NCBI RefSeq assembly: GCF_963921235.1
Contig: NC_086097.1
Span: 221,528,001-221,592,000, forward strand
Length of the DNA stretch: 64,000 nt
Direction: 5' to 3'
From: Mobula hypostoma
Taxonomy: Eukaryota
Under the pieces are notes generated by a model. It searched no databases. It was not told the DNA's origin and was given only the letters and a program-made list of their open reading frames with translations. Made by a program: the position numbers and the translations under genes. Below are positions 11,233 to 24,194 of the stretch, one piece after another. Position 1 is the first letter of the stretch. Each line of letters begins with the position of its first letter.

Positions 11233-14200
11233 CCATTACAAACTGAACTCCCATTTTTACGAAGGAAGTAGTCAGCTCCTTGAAGCAGTAGCAGTGAAAG
11301 TCAATATTCAAGCATTAAAGGGGAAATCCAACATTTGTCATTAGTTAGTTTTTCTTCTCCTAGTTGGCAAGTTGCCTGTATAAACATACCCGCAACTGTC
11401 AATGATTAGAGAAAAGTATTTACCATGCTGAAAGATCACAGTGGTTAGGTAGCATTTAAGGCCCTTGCTCCACATTTAGATACTGGCTATCTTCCCTCTA
11501 TCCTACAGACCAGATGAAAGGTCTGAACTGTCAACTCTCTATTTCCTTCCATAGATCATGCCTGACCTACTTGAGATCTGCCAGCCTTTTCTGTGTTGTC
11601 CAGATTCAAGCATACAGTGTCTTTTACCTCTAATATTTACCATGCATTAGTCCACTGATATTCTTTGTTCGGGTCCTCCCTGCCTCCTGAAATTCCTGTA
11701 TTCAGCTCCTGTAGGTTTCAATTCCAGCTCCTTTTGGAGGTCCACTCCTTAATTCCAACATCCTTACTTTCATGGTCTTTTACAGTATTTATTTTTTACT
11801 TTAGAATTTTTGCATTCTAAAACTGAATGCTTGGCTCCCAGATTCATCTGGATTCTCAGTGTTTTCTAGAAATGTTCCACAAGAGGACCATGTAAGATTA
11901 TTCTTCTCACATCACAAGGTGTCACAGAATGGGGGAAGTTTAAAATCTTAAGGAGTGTATGCTGGTCGACATCCAGTTTATAGCCCTGCTGTCTCTGGCA
12001 CTATATTTGTTCAAGTAAACATTTTAATTATTTTACATAGGAGGATAATATTTCTCGGCAACTTCAGATGCAATAAAGTGCTAGCAGCAAGTCAGACACA
12101 TATGAACATTTATTGAAAATGGACAGGAAAGAATTAGCTGCTCTGCTGATCCTGATATTAATTCAGCTTCAAAATATCAACCACATTTCCATCATGGTGG
12201 GATCAGCTGGAGACCACGCCTATGTGAGCTCCAGATGAACCCAACATAACATATTTGGTCATTTTAGGATGACACCTGAAAAATGCTCACTGTCATATTA
12301 AGGCTATCAAGGAAGCTCCAAGAAGCTATGGTGAGCAAGATGACCCAGGCCAACAGCATATATCATGTTCTGACTGCAAATGTTTTCCTCTTCCAGGAAT
12401 TTTCCCCATCGCTCTTCTGAATGCTTGCAACAAATCTGCACTTGCTGCATAAGCTTGCAACTTATTCCAGAGACAAACATTTAACCTAATTCCATGTTCT
12501 ACAAAGCAAAGAAAGAGAGGCAAACAGGAGTAAGACGTTATTCAGCACACGTTTCATTACCAGTAGCCTTAGAAAAGGGTGAGAGTTTTCATTGAAGCAT
12601 GGCTTTAAAAAACATTGAATAAAATAAATCTGTCATATTTATAGCTAGAGTTAAATGCCAGGTGATATTTGTTAAAAAGTGGAAGTAGTCTTTCTTCAAA
12701 TCTTCAAATTTTACTCCAACAAATATTGTTGTGCCCTACTTTCTTCAGTGTGCTACAGAATTTCATCTTCACTTTAAAATTCATACTAAGTTCTTACGCT
12801 ATCATTATGCGAAGATTATTATTATCATTAAGTACTTCACTGGGAACTGGTTTAATGGTTACAGACTTTAGTATAAGCAGAGATGATTAATTGCCCCGCT
12901 ACAGGAAGTGTCTGCTGGACATTACCTCAGGCTTTGTGGTATTTTGTGATTGTGCATAATGTCACAAACTGGTAGAAGTCCTAAGCATAAAGACCAAAAT
13001 GCTCCAGTTTTTAATTCTAGTCTCAACAGAATTAGGCAAGTAAGGTGGGGCATCTACAGACTGGGGTTAACACCACTGGAGTAGGGAGAGGAAAGTCAGT
13101 CATGGTTCCCTTTCCAGATTGTTGTCCAGTGATTCCTGCTGGAAAGTGCTCATGTGGACGTCAGGCTCACCTGTGATGGTCCCATGGTCAAAGCCTGCGG
13201 GCTCTCACCCTCTAGGCTCATGCATGAAGAATGGCCACGTGGGTGAGATACTGAAGGTCTGCTGGTGCCCAAGGAACTCTACCCAACAACGGTCAGCACC
13301 TTCAGGAGATGAGGGGAGAAAAAAGAATTCTTTTTAAAAAAAAGCTCCCCAAAAATTCCAGTGGATTAATGAGCTAGACGGTATATTTTGGATACATTTT
13401 TCTTTCTCATGTTTTGCTCCATACTACTGCTTTTCTAATACCCCCCTCTGAAGTAAGGAGAAAAAATTATCAATGTTTTTTTTCAATACTTGGTTCAGCC
13501 AAATTATTAACAAACAGGAGCCTGAATTCCACAGTGGAAAGATATAAATATCCACAAAGGAATTAGCTCATATTGCCAAACTTAATTTAGGATAGAACAG
13601 GTAAAATATTTGGCAGGTACTTTATTCCATATGGATTTGGCTTCATTAGTCATATTACTGATTTAATTTGTTACTGATGGGAGGAGACTACAGTATAAGA
13701 GAGTTCAAACTGAACACCTGGTCTCGAATACACCACACACATTTAGTTTATTCAGCTGAGTTTTGAACTGTTGGTGATATATTTTATTTTCTTCTATGGG
13801 AAATAAAAAAAAGAAATCAGAGATTGGATGTTTAAAATTCACAACTGCCAAGGAAACAAGCTCTAACAAAATTAAATCAAATTTTAAGTTGAAATATTGT
13901 CTGGTCATGCTGAAGTTCATAAATTTATACACAACTTTATGGCAGAAAAATACCCTACAGAGGCAAATTAAAAACATTTTAACATTTACAATTTTACTTT
14001 CAAAAACATGAACTTTTAAGTCTAACTCATTTAATAGGAAAATACAATTTTAAGGAATCTGTTATAAAAGTTAATTATTTTTCCGCCCGGTGGAACTGGA
14101 AATGGTTTGGAACGAACTGGCTGTGCTGTAGGACCTGGTTCAGCGCTATACTTCTCTATAACTCTAGTACTCTATAGTAATGGCTAGATTAGTAGTAATA

Positions 14201-14535
14201 TCACATGACATTTGTGGATGTGTAGAATCACACAAGTCTTAGTTTTCCCAAGCAAACCCAATGTAATCTTATAAAGGTTTATTCTGTGCAAAAGTAGAAC
14301 ACATTTTCTAATCTTCCTAAAAAGAAAACAAATAGTTTTTTTTAAAGAAATTAGGGGGAAACGTTACAGCACATAATAAGCATGTTTTTGTGCTAGAGAA
14401 ATAAAACCTCCAAAATGAAGAATCTGAACAGGTAGTTAACCTATTTCAAGACTATTCTTAGACATACTGTAGCTACACAACCATTATGTTCCTGTTAAAA
14501 TCTATAAGCTGAAAAGTCACATTGCTTGAACATCT

Positions 14536-14749
14536 AGCAACACACATCAAAGTTGCTGGTGAACGCAGCAGGCCAGGCAGCAACTCTAGGAGGAGGTACA
14601 GTCGACGTTTCAGGCCAAGACCCTTCATCAGGACTCGGCCTGAAAGGTTGACTGTACGTCCTCCTAGAGATGCTGCCTGGCCTGCTGCGTTCACCAGCAA
14701 ATTTGATGTGTTTTGCTTGAATTTCCAGCATCTGCAGAATTCCTCGTGT
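14536..14749. mobile_element. Penelope-derived fold-back element
   Basis: About 75-bp inverted arms. 14-bp TSD ttgcttgaacatct (14522-14535, 14750-14763). Same terminal unit as the Penelope fragment at 45448-46150. Confidence 0.88.
14600..14635 (-). ncRNA. Minimal type-I hammerhead ribozyme motif
   Basis: AGUC-CUGAUGA-AGG(GUCUUGG)CCU-GAAAC-GUC^GACU: both core boxes intact, stems I and II pair, loop-less AC/GU stem III. Activity untested. Confidence 0.75.
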
Positions 14750-15259
14750 TTGCTTGAACATCTGATGGTGTTACTTGATCTTGTTAGGAAAGTACGATTG
14801 GAAAATAACCCATGCCAAAGCACCTTGGTCAAGCAAATGTCTACTGGTCATGATATACTGTCAAGTCTTCATCCACCATCTCCACAAGGATGTGGAGAAT
14901 GTCAGTTGAAAATGTACACCAGTACTATTGCTAATTTTTGTCAAGCTATTTTGAATGATTAAGAAAAAAGTTAAAATTAAACCAAAAGGAAACAACATAT
15001 TAAACATATAATCTAAACATTAAGAAAAAATGTGTAATGCAAAATTTTTGACACTGCAAGAAAAATTATAAGAGTGTTTCTGCAGGTGCTCCAGATTATA
15101 CAGGCATAAAATAATGCTACCATGATAGAGTAACTTGTCAGAAAGCTCAGTCAACTAAGAATTCAACTCTTAACTATGTCATAGTCTCCCAGAATGTTTC
15201 ATTCCATTGAATAACAAGGCTACTGCAATCCCAACACAAACATGTCAGAAAACATTCTA

Positions 15260-16780
15260 GATCAGAATCAGAACCAGGTTTAATATCATTGGCATATGTT
15301 ATTAAATGTGTTGTTTTGCGGCAGCAGAACATTGCAATACATAATAAAAAAATGAAAATTACAAAGTGTATATATAAAATGAAAATTAAATAAGTACTGC
15401 AAAAGCAGAGTGAAAATTACTGAGGTAGTGTTTATTGCTTAACTGTCCATTCAGAAATCTGACACAGAGGCGAAGAAGCTGTTCCTGTAACATTGAGTGT
15501 GTTTCTTCAGGCTCCTGTACCTCCTCCTTGATGGTAGCAATGAGAAGGCATGTCCTGGTGATGGGGGTCCTTAATATTGCATGCCGCCTTTTGAAGGCGT
15601 CCTCGATGCTGGGGAGGCTAGTACCCATGATGGTGCTGGCTGAGTTTACAACTTTCTGCAGCTTCTTCCGATCCTGTTGAGTGCTGTCATAGCAATAACC
15701 TTGCACTCAATGTTAGCAAGACCAAAGAGCTGATTGTGGATTTCAGAAAGGGTACAATGAGGGAATGCAACCCAATCCTTATAGAGGGATCAGAATTGGA
15801 GAGAGTGAGCAATTTCAAGTTCCTGGCTATCAATATCTCTGTGGATCTAATCTGGAAGCAACATATTGATGCAGCTATAAAGAAGGCAAGATAGCACTAT
15901 ATTTCATTAGGAGTTTGAGATTTGGTTTGTCAACTAAACTACTTGAAAACTTCTACAAATGTACAGTGGAGAGCATTCTGACTGGCTGCATCACTGTCTG
16001 GTATATGGGGGCTCCTGCACAAGATCAAAGTAAGTTCAGAAACTTGTAAAACTAGTCAGCTCTGTCATGGTTACGAGCCTCTGTAGTATCCAACATATCT
16101 TCAAGAAGTACTGCCTAAAGAAGGGGGTGCCCATCATTAAGGACCCCCACCACCCAGGACATGTCCTCTTCTCATTGTTATCATTGGGAAGGAGGTACAG
16201 AAGTCTGAAGGCACACATTCAGTGATTCAGAAACAACTTCTTCCCCTCCGCCATCTGTCCTGAATGGACATTGAACCCAGGAACACTACCTCACTACATT
16301 ATTTCTGGGTTTTTTTTTTGCACTATTTAATATTGAATAGACATGTATATGCTTAATGTAACTCAGTTTTTTTCTCTATTTATCTATCATGTATTTCAAT
16401 GTACTGCTACTGTAAAGTTAACAAATTTCACAACATATGCTGGTGATATTAAATCTGATTCGGATCCCCGTGAGTGGCCCCTCCATACCAGATGATGGTG
16501 CAAACAGTTACAATGCTCCTCATGGTACATTTGTAGAAATTAGCAAGTGTCTTTGCTGACAAGACAAATCTCCTCAAACTCCTAGTGAAATATAACCGCT
16601 GTCATGCTTTCTTTATAATTGCATCAATACGTTGGGCCCAGGATAGATCCTCAGAGATGTTGACTCCCAGGAACTTCAAACTGTTCATCCTTTCCACTTC
16701 TGATCCCTCAATGAGGACTGGTGTGTGGTTCCTCAACTCCCTTCCTTAAGTCCACAATCAATTCCTTGGTCTTACAGATG
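15260..16780. mobile_element. Two Rex/Babar-like LINE 3' fragments: plus copy (about 15705-16465) nested in a minus copy
   Basis: QDRKKLQKVVNSA peptide, FYKCTVESILTGCITVWY-type sequence, (atcaga)n tails in both orientations. Confidence 0.8.
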
Positions 16781-17108
16781 TATCGAAAGCCTCTCCTCAC
16801 CGCACATTGTCTCTGTTTTATAAACCAGCTACCTCATCTTCAGCACTATTATCTACCTCTCCTACAATACTCCTTGCATTGAAATATAGGCAGGTCGGGA
16901 TACTAGTCACACCACGCTCAACCTTTTGATTCCTAACTTGGTCTGAGATCTTACCAATATCTGCCTCTACATCCTCCTGCAACTCTGTTTAAACACCACT
17001 GTGTTGGGAAGTGTATGGTCATACACCTTTGCAGAGGAAATGAAAGGGTTGACTATTTTCTAAATGGAGAGAAAATACAAAAATCTGAGGTGCAAGGGGA
17101 TCTTGGAG

Positions 17109-18958
17109 TAAGCTGAAAATAAATCCCAAGGGTTTCTACCGTTACATTAATAGCAAAAGGATAGTGAGGGATAAAATTGGTCCCTTAGAGAATCAGAGTG
17201 GACAGCTGTGTGTGGAGCCAAAAGAGATGGGGGAGATTCTGAACAATTTCTTTTCTTCGGTATTCACTAAGGAGAAGGATATTGAATTGTGTAAGATAAG
17301 GAAAACAGGTAGGGAAGTTATGGAAATTATGATGATTAAAGAAGAGGAAGTACTGGAGCTTTTAAGGAATATAGAGGTGGATAAGTCTCCGGGTCCTGAC
17401 AGGATATTCCCTAGGACCTTGAGGGAAGTTAGTGTGGAAATAGTAGGGGCTCTGACAGAAATATTTCAAATGTCATTAGAAACAGGGATGGTGCCGGAGG
17501 ATTGGCGTATTGCTCATGTTGTTCCATTGTTTAAAAAGGGTTCTAAGACTAAACCTAGCAATTATCGGCCTGTGAGTTTGACGTCAGTGGTGGGTAAATT
17601 GATGGAAAGTATTCTTAGAGATGGTATATATAATTATCTGGATAGACAGGGTCTGATTAGGAACAATCAACATGGATTTGTACGTGGAAGGTCATGTTTG
17701 ACAAATCTTATTGAATTTTTTGAAGCGGTTACTAGGAATGTTGAGGAGGGTAAAGTGGTGGATGTTGTCTATATGGGCTTCAGTAAGTCCTTTGACAAGG
17801 TCTCACATGGAAGGTTGGTTAGGAAGGTTCAATCATTAGGTATTAATATTGAAGTAGTAAAATGGATTCAGCAGTGGCTGGATGGGCGACGCCAGAGAGT
17901 AGTGGTGAATAACTGTTTGTCAGATTGGAGGCCAGTGACTAGTGGTGTGCCTCAGGGATCTGTACTGGGTCCAATGTTATTTGTCATTTACATTAATGAT
18001 CTGGATGATGGGGTGGTAAATTGGATGAGTAAGTATGCAGATGATACTAAGATAGGTGGAGTTGAGGATAATGAAGTAGGTTTTCAAAGCTTGCAGAGAG
18101 ATTTAGGCCAGTTAGAAGAGTGGGCTGAAAGATGGCAGATGGAGTTTAATCTGATAAATGTGAGGTGCCACATTTTGGTAGAACTAATCAAAATAGGACA
18201 TACATGGTAAATGGTAGGGCATTGAAGAATGCAATAGAACAGACGGATCTAGGAATAATGGTGTATAGTTCCCTGAAGGTGGAATCTCATGTGGATAGGG
18301 TGGTGAAGAAAGCTTTTGGTATGCTGGCCTTTATAAATCAGAGCATTGAGTATAGGAGTTGGGATGTAATGTTTAAATTGTACACGGCATTGGTGAGGCC
18401 AAATTTGGAGTATTGTGTACAGTCCTGGTCACTGAATTATAGGAAAAATGTCAACAAATTAGAGAGAATACAGAGAAGATTTACTAGAATGTTACCTGGG
18501 TTTCATCACCGAAGTTACAGAGAAAGATTGAACAAGTTTATTCTTTGGAACGTAGAAGGTTGAGGGGGGGCTTGATAGAGGTATTTAAAATTGTGAGGGG
18601 GATAGATAGAGTTAACTTGGATAGGATTTTTCCATTGAGAGTTGGGGAGATTCAAACAAGAGGACATGAGTTGAGAGTTAAAGGGCAAAAGTTTAGGGGT
18701 AACATGAGGGGGAACTTCTTTACTCAGAGAGTGGTAGCTGTGTGGAACGAGCTTTCAGCAGAAGTAGTTGAGGCAGGTTCAATGTTGTCATTTAAAGTTA
18801 AATTGGATAGATATATGGACAGGAAAGGAATGGAGGGTTATGGGCTGAGTGCAGGTCGGTGGGACTAGGTGAGATTAGGAGTTCGGCACAGACTAGAAGG
18901 GCTGAGATGGCCTTTCTCCGTGCTGTAATTGTTATATGGTTATATGGTTTATATGATG
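17109..18958 (+). mobile_element. Relatively young 5'-truncated CR1 LINE, RT domain with few frameshifts
   Basis: ORFs 17164-18210, 18165-18563, 18545-18868: KSPGPD, NYRPVSLTS, SGVPQGSVLGP, YADD. (ggttatat)n tail. Confidence 0.95.
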
Positions 18959-19600
18959 GTAGCATTAATTTCAAAAGGACTAGAATATAAAAGCAAGGAT
19001 GTAATGTTGAGACTTTATAAAGCACTGGTGAGGCCTCACTTGGAGTATTGTGTACATGTTTTGGCCCCTTATCTTAGAAAGGATGCGCTGAAACTGGAGA
19101 TGGTTTAAAGCAGGTTCTCGAAAATGATTCCAGAATTGAATAGCTTGTCATCTGAAGAGTGTTTGATGGCTCTGGGCCTGTAATAAGTGGAATTTAGAAG
19201 AAAGAGGGGTGGCTTAATTGGAACTTATCGAATGGTGAAAGGTCCTGATAGAGTGGATGTAGTGAGGATATTTCCTATGGTGGGGGATTCGAAGAACAGA
19301 GCATACAGCCTCAAAACAGAGGGGCATTCTTTTAGAACGGAGATGAGGAGGAATTTCTTTAGCCAGAGAGTGGTGAATCTGTGGAATTTGTTGCCACAGA
19401 CAGCTGTGGAGCCAAGTCTTTATGTACATTTAAGGTAGAGTTTGATAGATTCTTGATTGGTCAGGGCATGAAGAGATATGGGGAGAAGGCAGAGATTGGG
19501 GCTGAGAGGAAAATTGGATCAGCCATGATGAAATGGTGGAGCAGACTCAATGGGCCAAATGGCCTAATTCTGCTCCTATATCTTACAGTCTTATGGTATG
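18959..19600 (+). mobile_element. Older CR1 3' fragment (continues a piece at about 17000-17108)
   Basis: MRRNFFSQRVVNLWN peptide and CR1 3' hairpin/tail. Confidence 0.88.
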
Positions 19601-21488
19601 ATTGTCGCACTTTTGAAGCAGGCGGGAACCTCCGACTACAGCAGTGAGAGACTGAAGATGTCCTCGAACACTTCCATCAGCTGATTGGCATACATTTTCA
19701 AAGCTATGCCAGGTACATCACCAGGGCCTGACACCTTGTGAGGCTTCATCTTCTTGAAAGACGGTCTGAAGTAGGTCTCTGAGACTGAGATCACAGAATA
19801 ACCAGATGCTATTGAATTATTGATCTGCTAATGCAAACCAATTAATTATCTCAGGTTTTCACTACCACTCTGTTTAACATGCCTCTTCGTTTTCCTCCAA
19901 ATCTGATCATCCACATTCATTTCTGTTGAACTACAGAGTCAATTTTTTTTTTACAGAAAAATAAACGGCATTTCCACTATGACAATAGACATTACGCAAC
20001 ATATATGCTACCAAGTCCACAGAGGGTGGACATCTGAAAATGTTGTCAGTGGTTCACCAACTGTGCAAAACTGCAGTGATTCTGCACGATATGAATGGAA
20101 ATCTACACGAACATCGACCTGCCACGTGGATGTTTCTCTATTCATTTCAGTGGAGGAAATAGCAACAAACGATTTTGAGAACTATCAATTAATTTGTCCT
20201 TCATTAAACAACATTTTAGTGTTTTGGGAATTTTCAGTTCTTTTAAGTTTTATTTTAATAGTACTTGCTGAATTTTGAATGTCAGAAATACTCAAGAGTA
20301 TTTGACAACTTGGAGAATTCTGTATTAAGATGGAGGCATGGTTTAACCGAGCTGTCAAAGTTTATTTCACCTCCCTCATGGGTGGGCTGGTGTAAGTTGC
20401 ACAGGATCTCACTGTACTGCTGCACACCCTTTTGATTCGCAATTCCTTGCCGCAAGGGGTTCAGCTGACTTTCCAGTACATGTTCTGCTTCCAGGATTGT
20501 TTCAGATCAGTTCAAAATGGATTTGGAAGTCAGCAGAGAGTGGTGCAGCTGACAGTAAATTCTGCCTCAGTTTGTTCTGTGATTATTGCATCCTCAGTTA
20601 AAAATTTCCCACTAATTTCTTTACATAATTTAGTATTTTATTGTTACAGTCAAACTATGTGACCTGAAATAGATTTTTTTTAAACTTGCTTCTTTCATTT
20701 ACTGTACTCCCTATCACTTCAATCCACACTGTAATTATCATGTTCTTATTAAGTCCAGATGTCGCTGTTTCCCTTATCATTATATTATTGTTTTAAATAA
20801 AACAATACCTCCCTATGGTCTATTTTCTCTTTCTTTATGTATTAATCCATGTGGCAGATATTTTTAGGCTTGTTTTCAAATCTGCTTTCTGTGTTTTTCG
20901 TGTGCAGCAGAACTAGATGCCCAAGGCTCTCTGAGATTGGGCCTCATCCTTATTAACATAAATCTGCTGAACTGCGGGTGCCAGTCAGGCAGCCAAAGTT
21001 TTCTGCTCTCCACCACGGAAATGTGCTTTTTCTGCATCATTGGCTGTCACGCTTGGGTAGGTCCATGGAGTTTGCTAGGAGAATGAGAGGCAGATGACAT
21101 TGGGAGGGGATGGCCCACAGAACTAGTGTGGAGTACTTGTCTTCAAGTTCTGACAAGCACAGTCTGGCCTTTGTTGGAAGTTCTATAAAGGACTGTGGGT
21201 TAGGCAGTAGCAAGAGCATGGAAAGCCAAGGCATGAGCACCCTTTGGTGCTAACACAGATACAAGAGATAAGGATGTTAATCATGCAAATTGCTGAATGG
21301 CCATTACAAGTGACAAACATCCGTTCAAGCTGAGGTGGCCATTGGTTGTAATTAAAAAACCTTAAATACAGGACCAAATATACTCTTACTGTTCTTCTTT
21401 TACACATTAAAGTAAGTGAAAGGGCTCAGTGTTTTCTTCACCACATTGTCTTTCGCTATGCAGTTTTTCTTTGCTATAATTCCACATA

Positions 21489-21588
21489 TGATGATGGTGA
21501 TGATGATGATGATGTCGACTCAGGCCTGAGAGGCCAGCGTCGGGCATTTTCATGCCTTGCGAGGCGCGATCGGAAGGCTGTGTGGGAT
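21489..21588 (-). mobile_element. 3' end of an RTE-type retroposon or SINE with (CAT)n tail
   Basis: (gat)n run followed by a short CpG-rich segment. Confidence 0.5.
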
Positions 21589-21754
21589 GCCTATGTATTC
21601 TATATAGCTTGTATCATAATATTTTCACTTCCAATAATGAATCATCTATTCTTCCTATCACCTTTTGTACTAATCTCTGTTGCCTTGACTTTTGTCTGTT
21701 GGAATTACCCATTATCTATTGGAATTCACAGTCATGATCTTCCCTCATTGCACT

Positions 21755-22120
21755 CAACGTCAGTAAGAACAAAGACCGTGGACTTCAGAAAGGGTAGAAC
21801 AAAGAAACACACAGTCCTCAAGAAGGGATCAGAAGTTGAAAGAGCGAACAATTTCAAGTTCCTGGGAGTCAACATCCTGGGCCCAAGTTACAAAGAAGGC
21901 ACAGCGTCGTCTACATTTCATTGGGTGTTTGAGGAGACACGCGTTGAAGACACTCACCAAAGACACTCACAGATTTCTACAGACGTACTGTGGAGAACAT
22001 TCTGACTGGCTGCATCACTATCTGGTATGGGGTGGTGGTGGGGGGGGAGGGCAATGAGGGAACTACTGCATAGGATCGAAATGAGCTGCAGAAAGTTGTA
22101 AACTTAGTCAGCTCCATCTG
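21755..22120 (+). mobile_element. Rex/Babar-like LINE fragment
   Basis: VDFRKG...FKFLGVNI and KKAQRRLHF peptides. Confidence 0.8.
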
Positions 22121-23407
22121 TCACAGAATTCCATACGATGGACGTTTATCACGGGTAGGGAGAATGAGGTAGGTCTTTCATGCAACTTGCCGTTAGAGAC
22201 TTAAACTGAAGAGTTATGTTAATTCTGTTGTGAAATGGAAATTTCATGGTCTGGAGTAGTTGAATCTTCCACTCTGTAATTATAAGAATTCTCCACGGTC
22301 TGTTTATGATGTAGTTCATCCACCACCGCATATGCCATAGATATGCTATACAGAACAGAACTGATAGACTTTGATTTAGAATGAAACTATGTCAAAGTTT
22401 ACTATTGCATATGTCTATCCCTACTACTTCCAGCAAAAACTCCTGAAAGTGGTGGAAGGGATGGAAATTCGAGTGGGTTTGGGGTACAGGTGGAGAGCTG
22501 GTGATTGGAGTCAGAAGTTAGCACAGCCTTTCAAAGGATTCTTGCCTAGAAATTCATCCTCATTACTACTTACACTAATTGTACTGTATAGTGGTAGCTG
22601 TGCATTAAACTTGACTTCTGAAATTCAATTTCATTTAAGCAATGGAATGCAATTTCAGAAGGTCCACCAGAAAGCTCAAGCTACACTTTTGCCCAATAGT
22701 AGTTGATTCACTGGTTTACGCTGCAGATGTAGATGTAAACGTACCAAGGGAAGAGAGAAGAAATAATCTTTAGATGCTATTCTGTCTTTTAACACGGCTA
22801 ATTTTAGCGCTGCTGCATAGCCAAAGAATACAGATGAGTCTCCTCTACCAATCTAAAGCTGAAATCGTAATTGATATCCATCTTATCAATGATCCAATGG
22901 CTCTGTCTAATGGGAGACAAATTGTTTTCAAAGTCACAGTATGGTCTATTCACTTAGGTGAGACAATACAACACAGGTCACTGCTTGCAGCAATATTCGC
23001 TCTCTTTTTAAAGATTAACAGGCTAATTGTACTGAAATGATTTTGCTTTATATCAGATTATGACTCAATTACATATTTTTAGAATAAAGAAAATACTGCC
23101 ACTTTGTATCTGGAACCCATAACAGAACAAGGCTCCTAACAGAGTATTTATTTCATGGCATTTAATACTAAAATCGATCGCAAAGTTTTGATGGCCTGTT
23201 GGTGCTGCACGTCAATAACATTATCCTTCCATTCAGTCTCAATCTACGAGATTTTGAACATAAAGATACTTTAAGAGCTTATTCAGATGCAGTTTCCATG
23301 TACACCCATACAACTGTAGGTGGCAAGCTTGATCTTTAATGTTGGCATGCATTGGTTAAACAACACTTCACAATGAAATTGGATAAATGACATGAGATGG
23401 CACAGAC

Positions 23408-23545
23408 CTTGCATTTGGTAACTGTAAGGGCCGTGGCCTGGTTGAGGTGCATTAAAGCTTGAACCATAATTTAGAAATCCCGTTGGGCCAGGAGACTGTG
23501 TTTGAGTCAATCCACCTTCAGTCTTGATGCCTGCCCATAATGCAC
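23408..23545 (-). CDS. EYA1: EYA1 coding exon, (G)[45 protein letters not shown]
   Basis: Within ORF 23283-23564. [12 protein letters not shown] favours EYA1 over EYA4. Acceptor atatag, donor AAG|gtctgt. 138 nt. Confidence 0.96.
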
Positions 23546-23739
23546 CTATATCGGTTAATGTCATCAGATCTGTAGATTCTCATTTAAGTATATTAGAAAC
23601 AGAAGAGTTATCATTTGATGTAAACAATGTTTAATGTCAAACAAATTAGAAAATTTGTTGTTAGCTGTTGAAGTCATTCTTTGCAGTAACTGACAAGGCA
23701 GAGAAATATATTTTTTATTTAAACAACTTGTCTGCTTAC

Positions 23740-23882
23740 CATAAGATGGTATTCCGTAATGTTGGCCGGGCTGTGGGTAAGTTGCATAAGTTGCTGTTTG
23801 CTGCATTCCTGTGGCATACGGAGACTGTCCATATGATGCCATGCTTTGTGAAGGTGGAGTTGGGAGAATGTGTGGATACGAC
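23740..23882 (-). CDS. EYA1: EYA1 coding exon, (K)[47 protein letters not shown]
   Basis: Within ORF 23564-23950. YPHILPTP and YATYPQPGQ motifs. Acceptor cacag, donor G|gtaagc. 143 nt, phase 2 to 1. Confidence 0.96.
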
Positions 23883-24130
23883 CTGTGATTTGGAGTTAAG
23901 AAAATGGTATTAATGCGTAAAGCAATTCTTTTAATAGCTAATTCTGCCACTTAGAGTATTGAATAAGATAGAAAACCATTTTTTCCCTGAAGAATGATAA
24001 ATCTGCAAAGGGATGCATTGTAGAAAACTGTAGTGTTTGGGTTCAGGACATGCAAGTAAATGTGATAAAATGAAAAGGTGCTGACCAGGAGTCTAAAATG
24101 TCTTAATTTATCGAATAAAAGAGAACTTAC

Positions 24131-24194
24131 TTGGAAGGATAAATATGTGGAGAGAAGTGATGTGTTTCCCTTGGGCTAAAACCACCACCAATTC
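24131..24194 (-). CDS. EYA1: EYA1 coding exon, (G)IGGGFSPRETHHFSPHIYPS
   Basis: FSPR.TH.FSP.IYPS motif. Acceptor ctgttcag, donor AA|gtaagt. 64 nt, phase 1 to 2. Confidence 0.94.

Noticed and set aside
12990..13320. Possible ancient SINE or other old repeat (similar doubts at 20900-21310, 24560-24900, 25650-26310, 30830-31400)
   Set aside because: Repeat-like composition but I could not assign family or boundaries.
14473..14962. Overlapping ORFs on both strands
   Set aside because: By-product of the palindromic Penelope-derived insert, no protein signature.
17164..18210. 348-aa ORF as a host gene or novel reverse transcriptase system
   Set aside because: Ordinary CR1 ORF2 RT fragment, 5'-truncated and frameshifted.
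1..23400. Next EYA1 exons (GSSFTTSSG..., DYPSY...)
   Set aside because: Not found by eye on the minus strand. Presumed beyond the window, though a diverged small exon could have been missed.
23883..23888. NAGNAG tandem acceptor as in mammalian EYA1
   Set aside because: Sequence is aatcacag with a single AG, so only the PSKSY form is supported.
23283..23950. Two stand-alone ORFs of 93 and 128 aa
   Set aside because: They are EYA1 exons read through into intron sequence.
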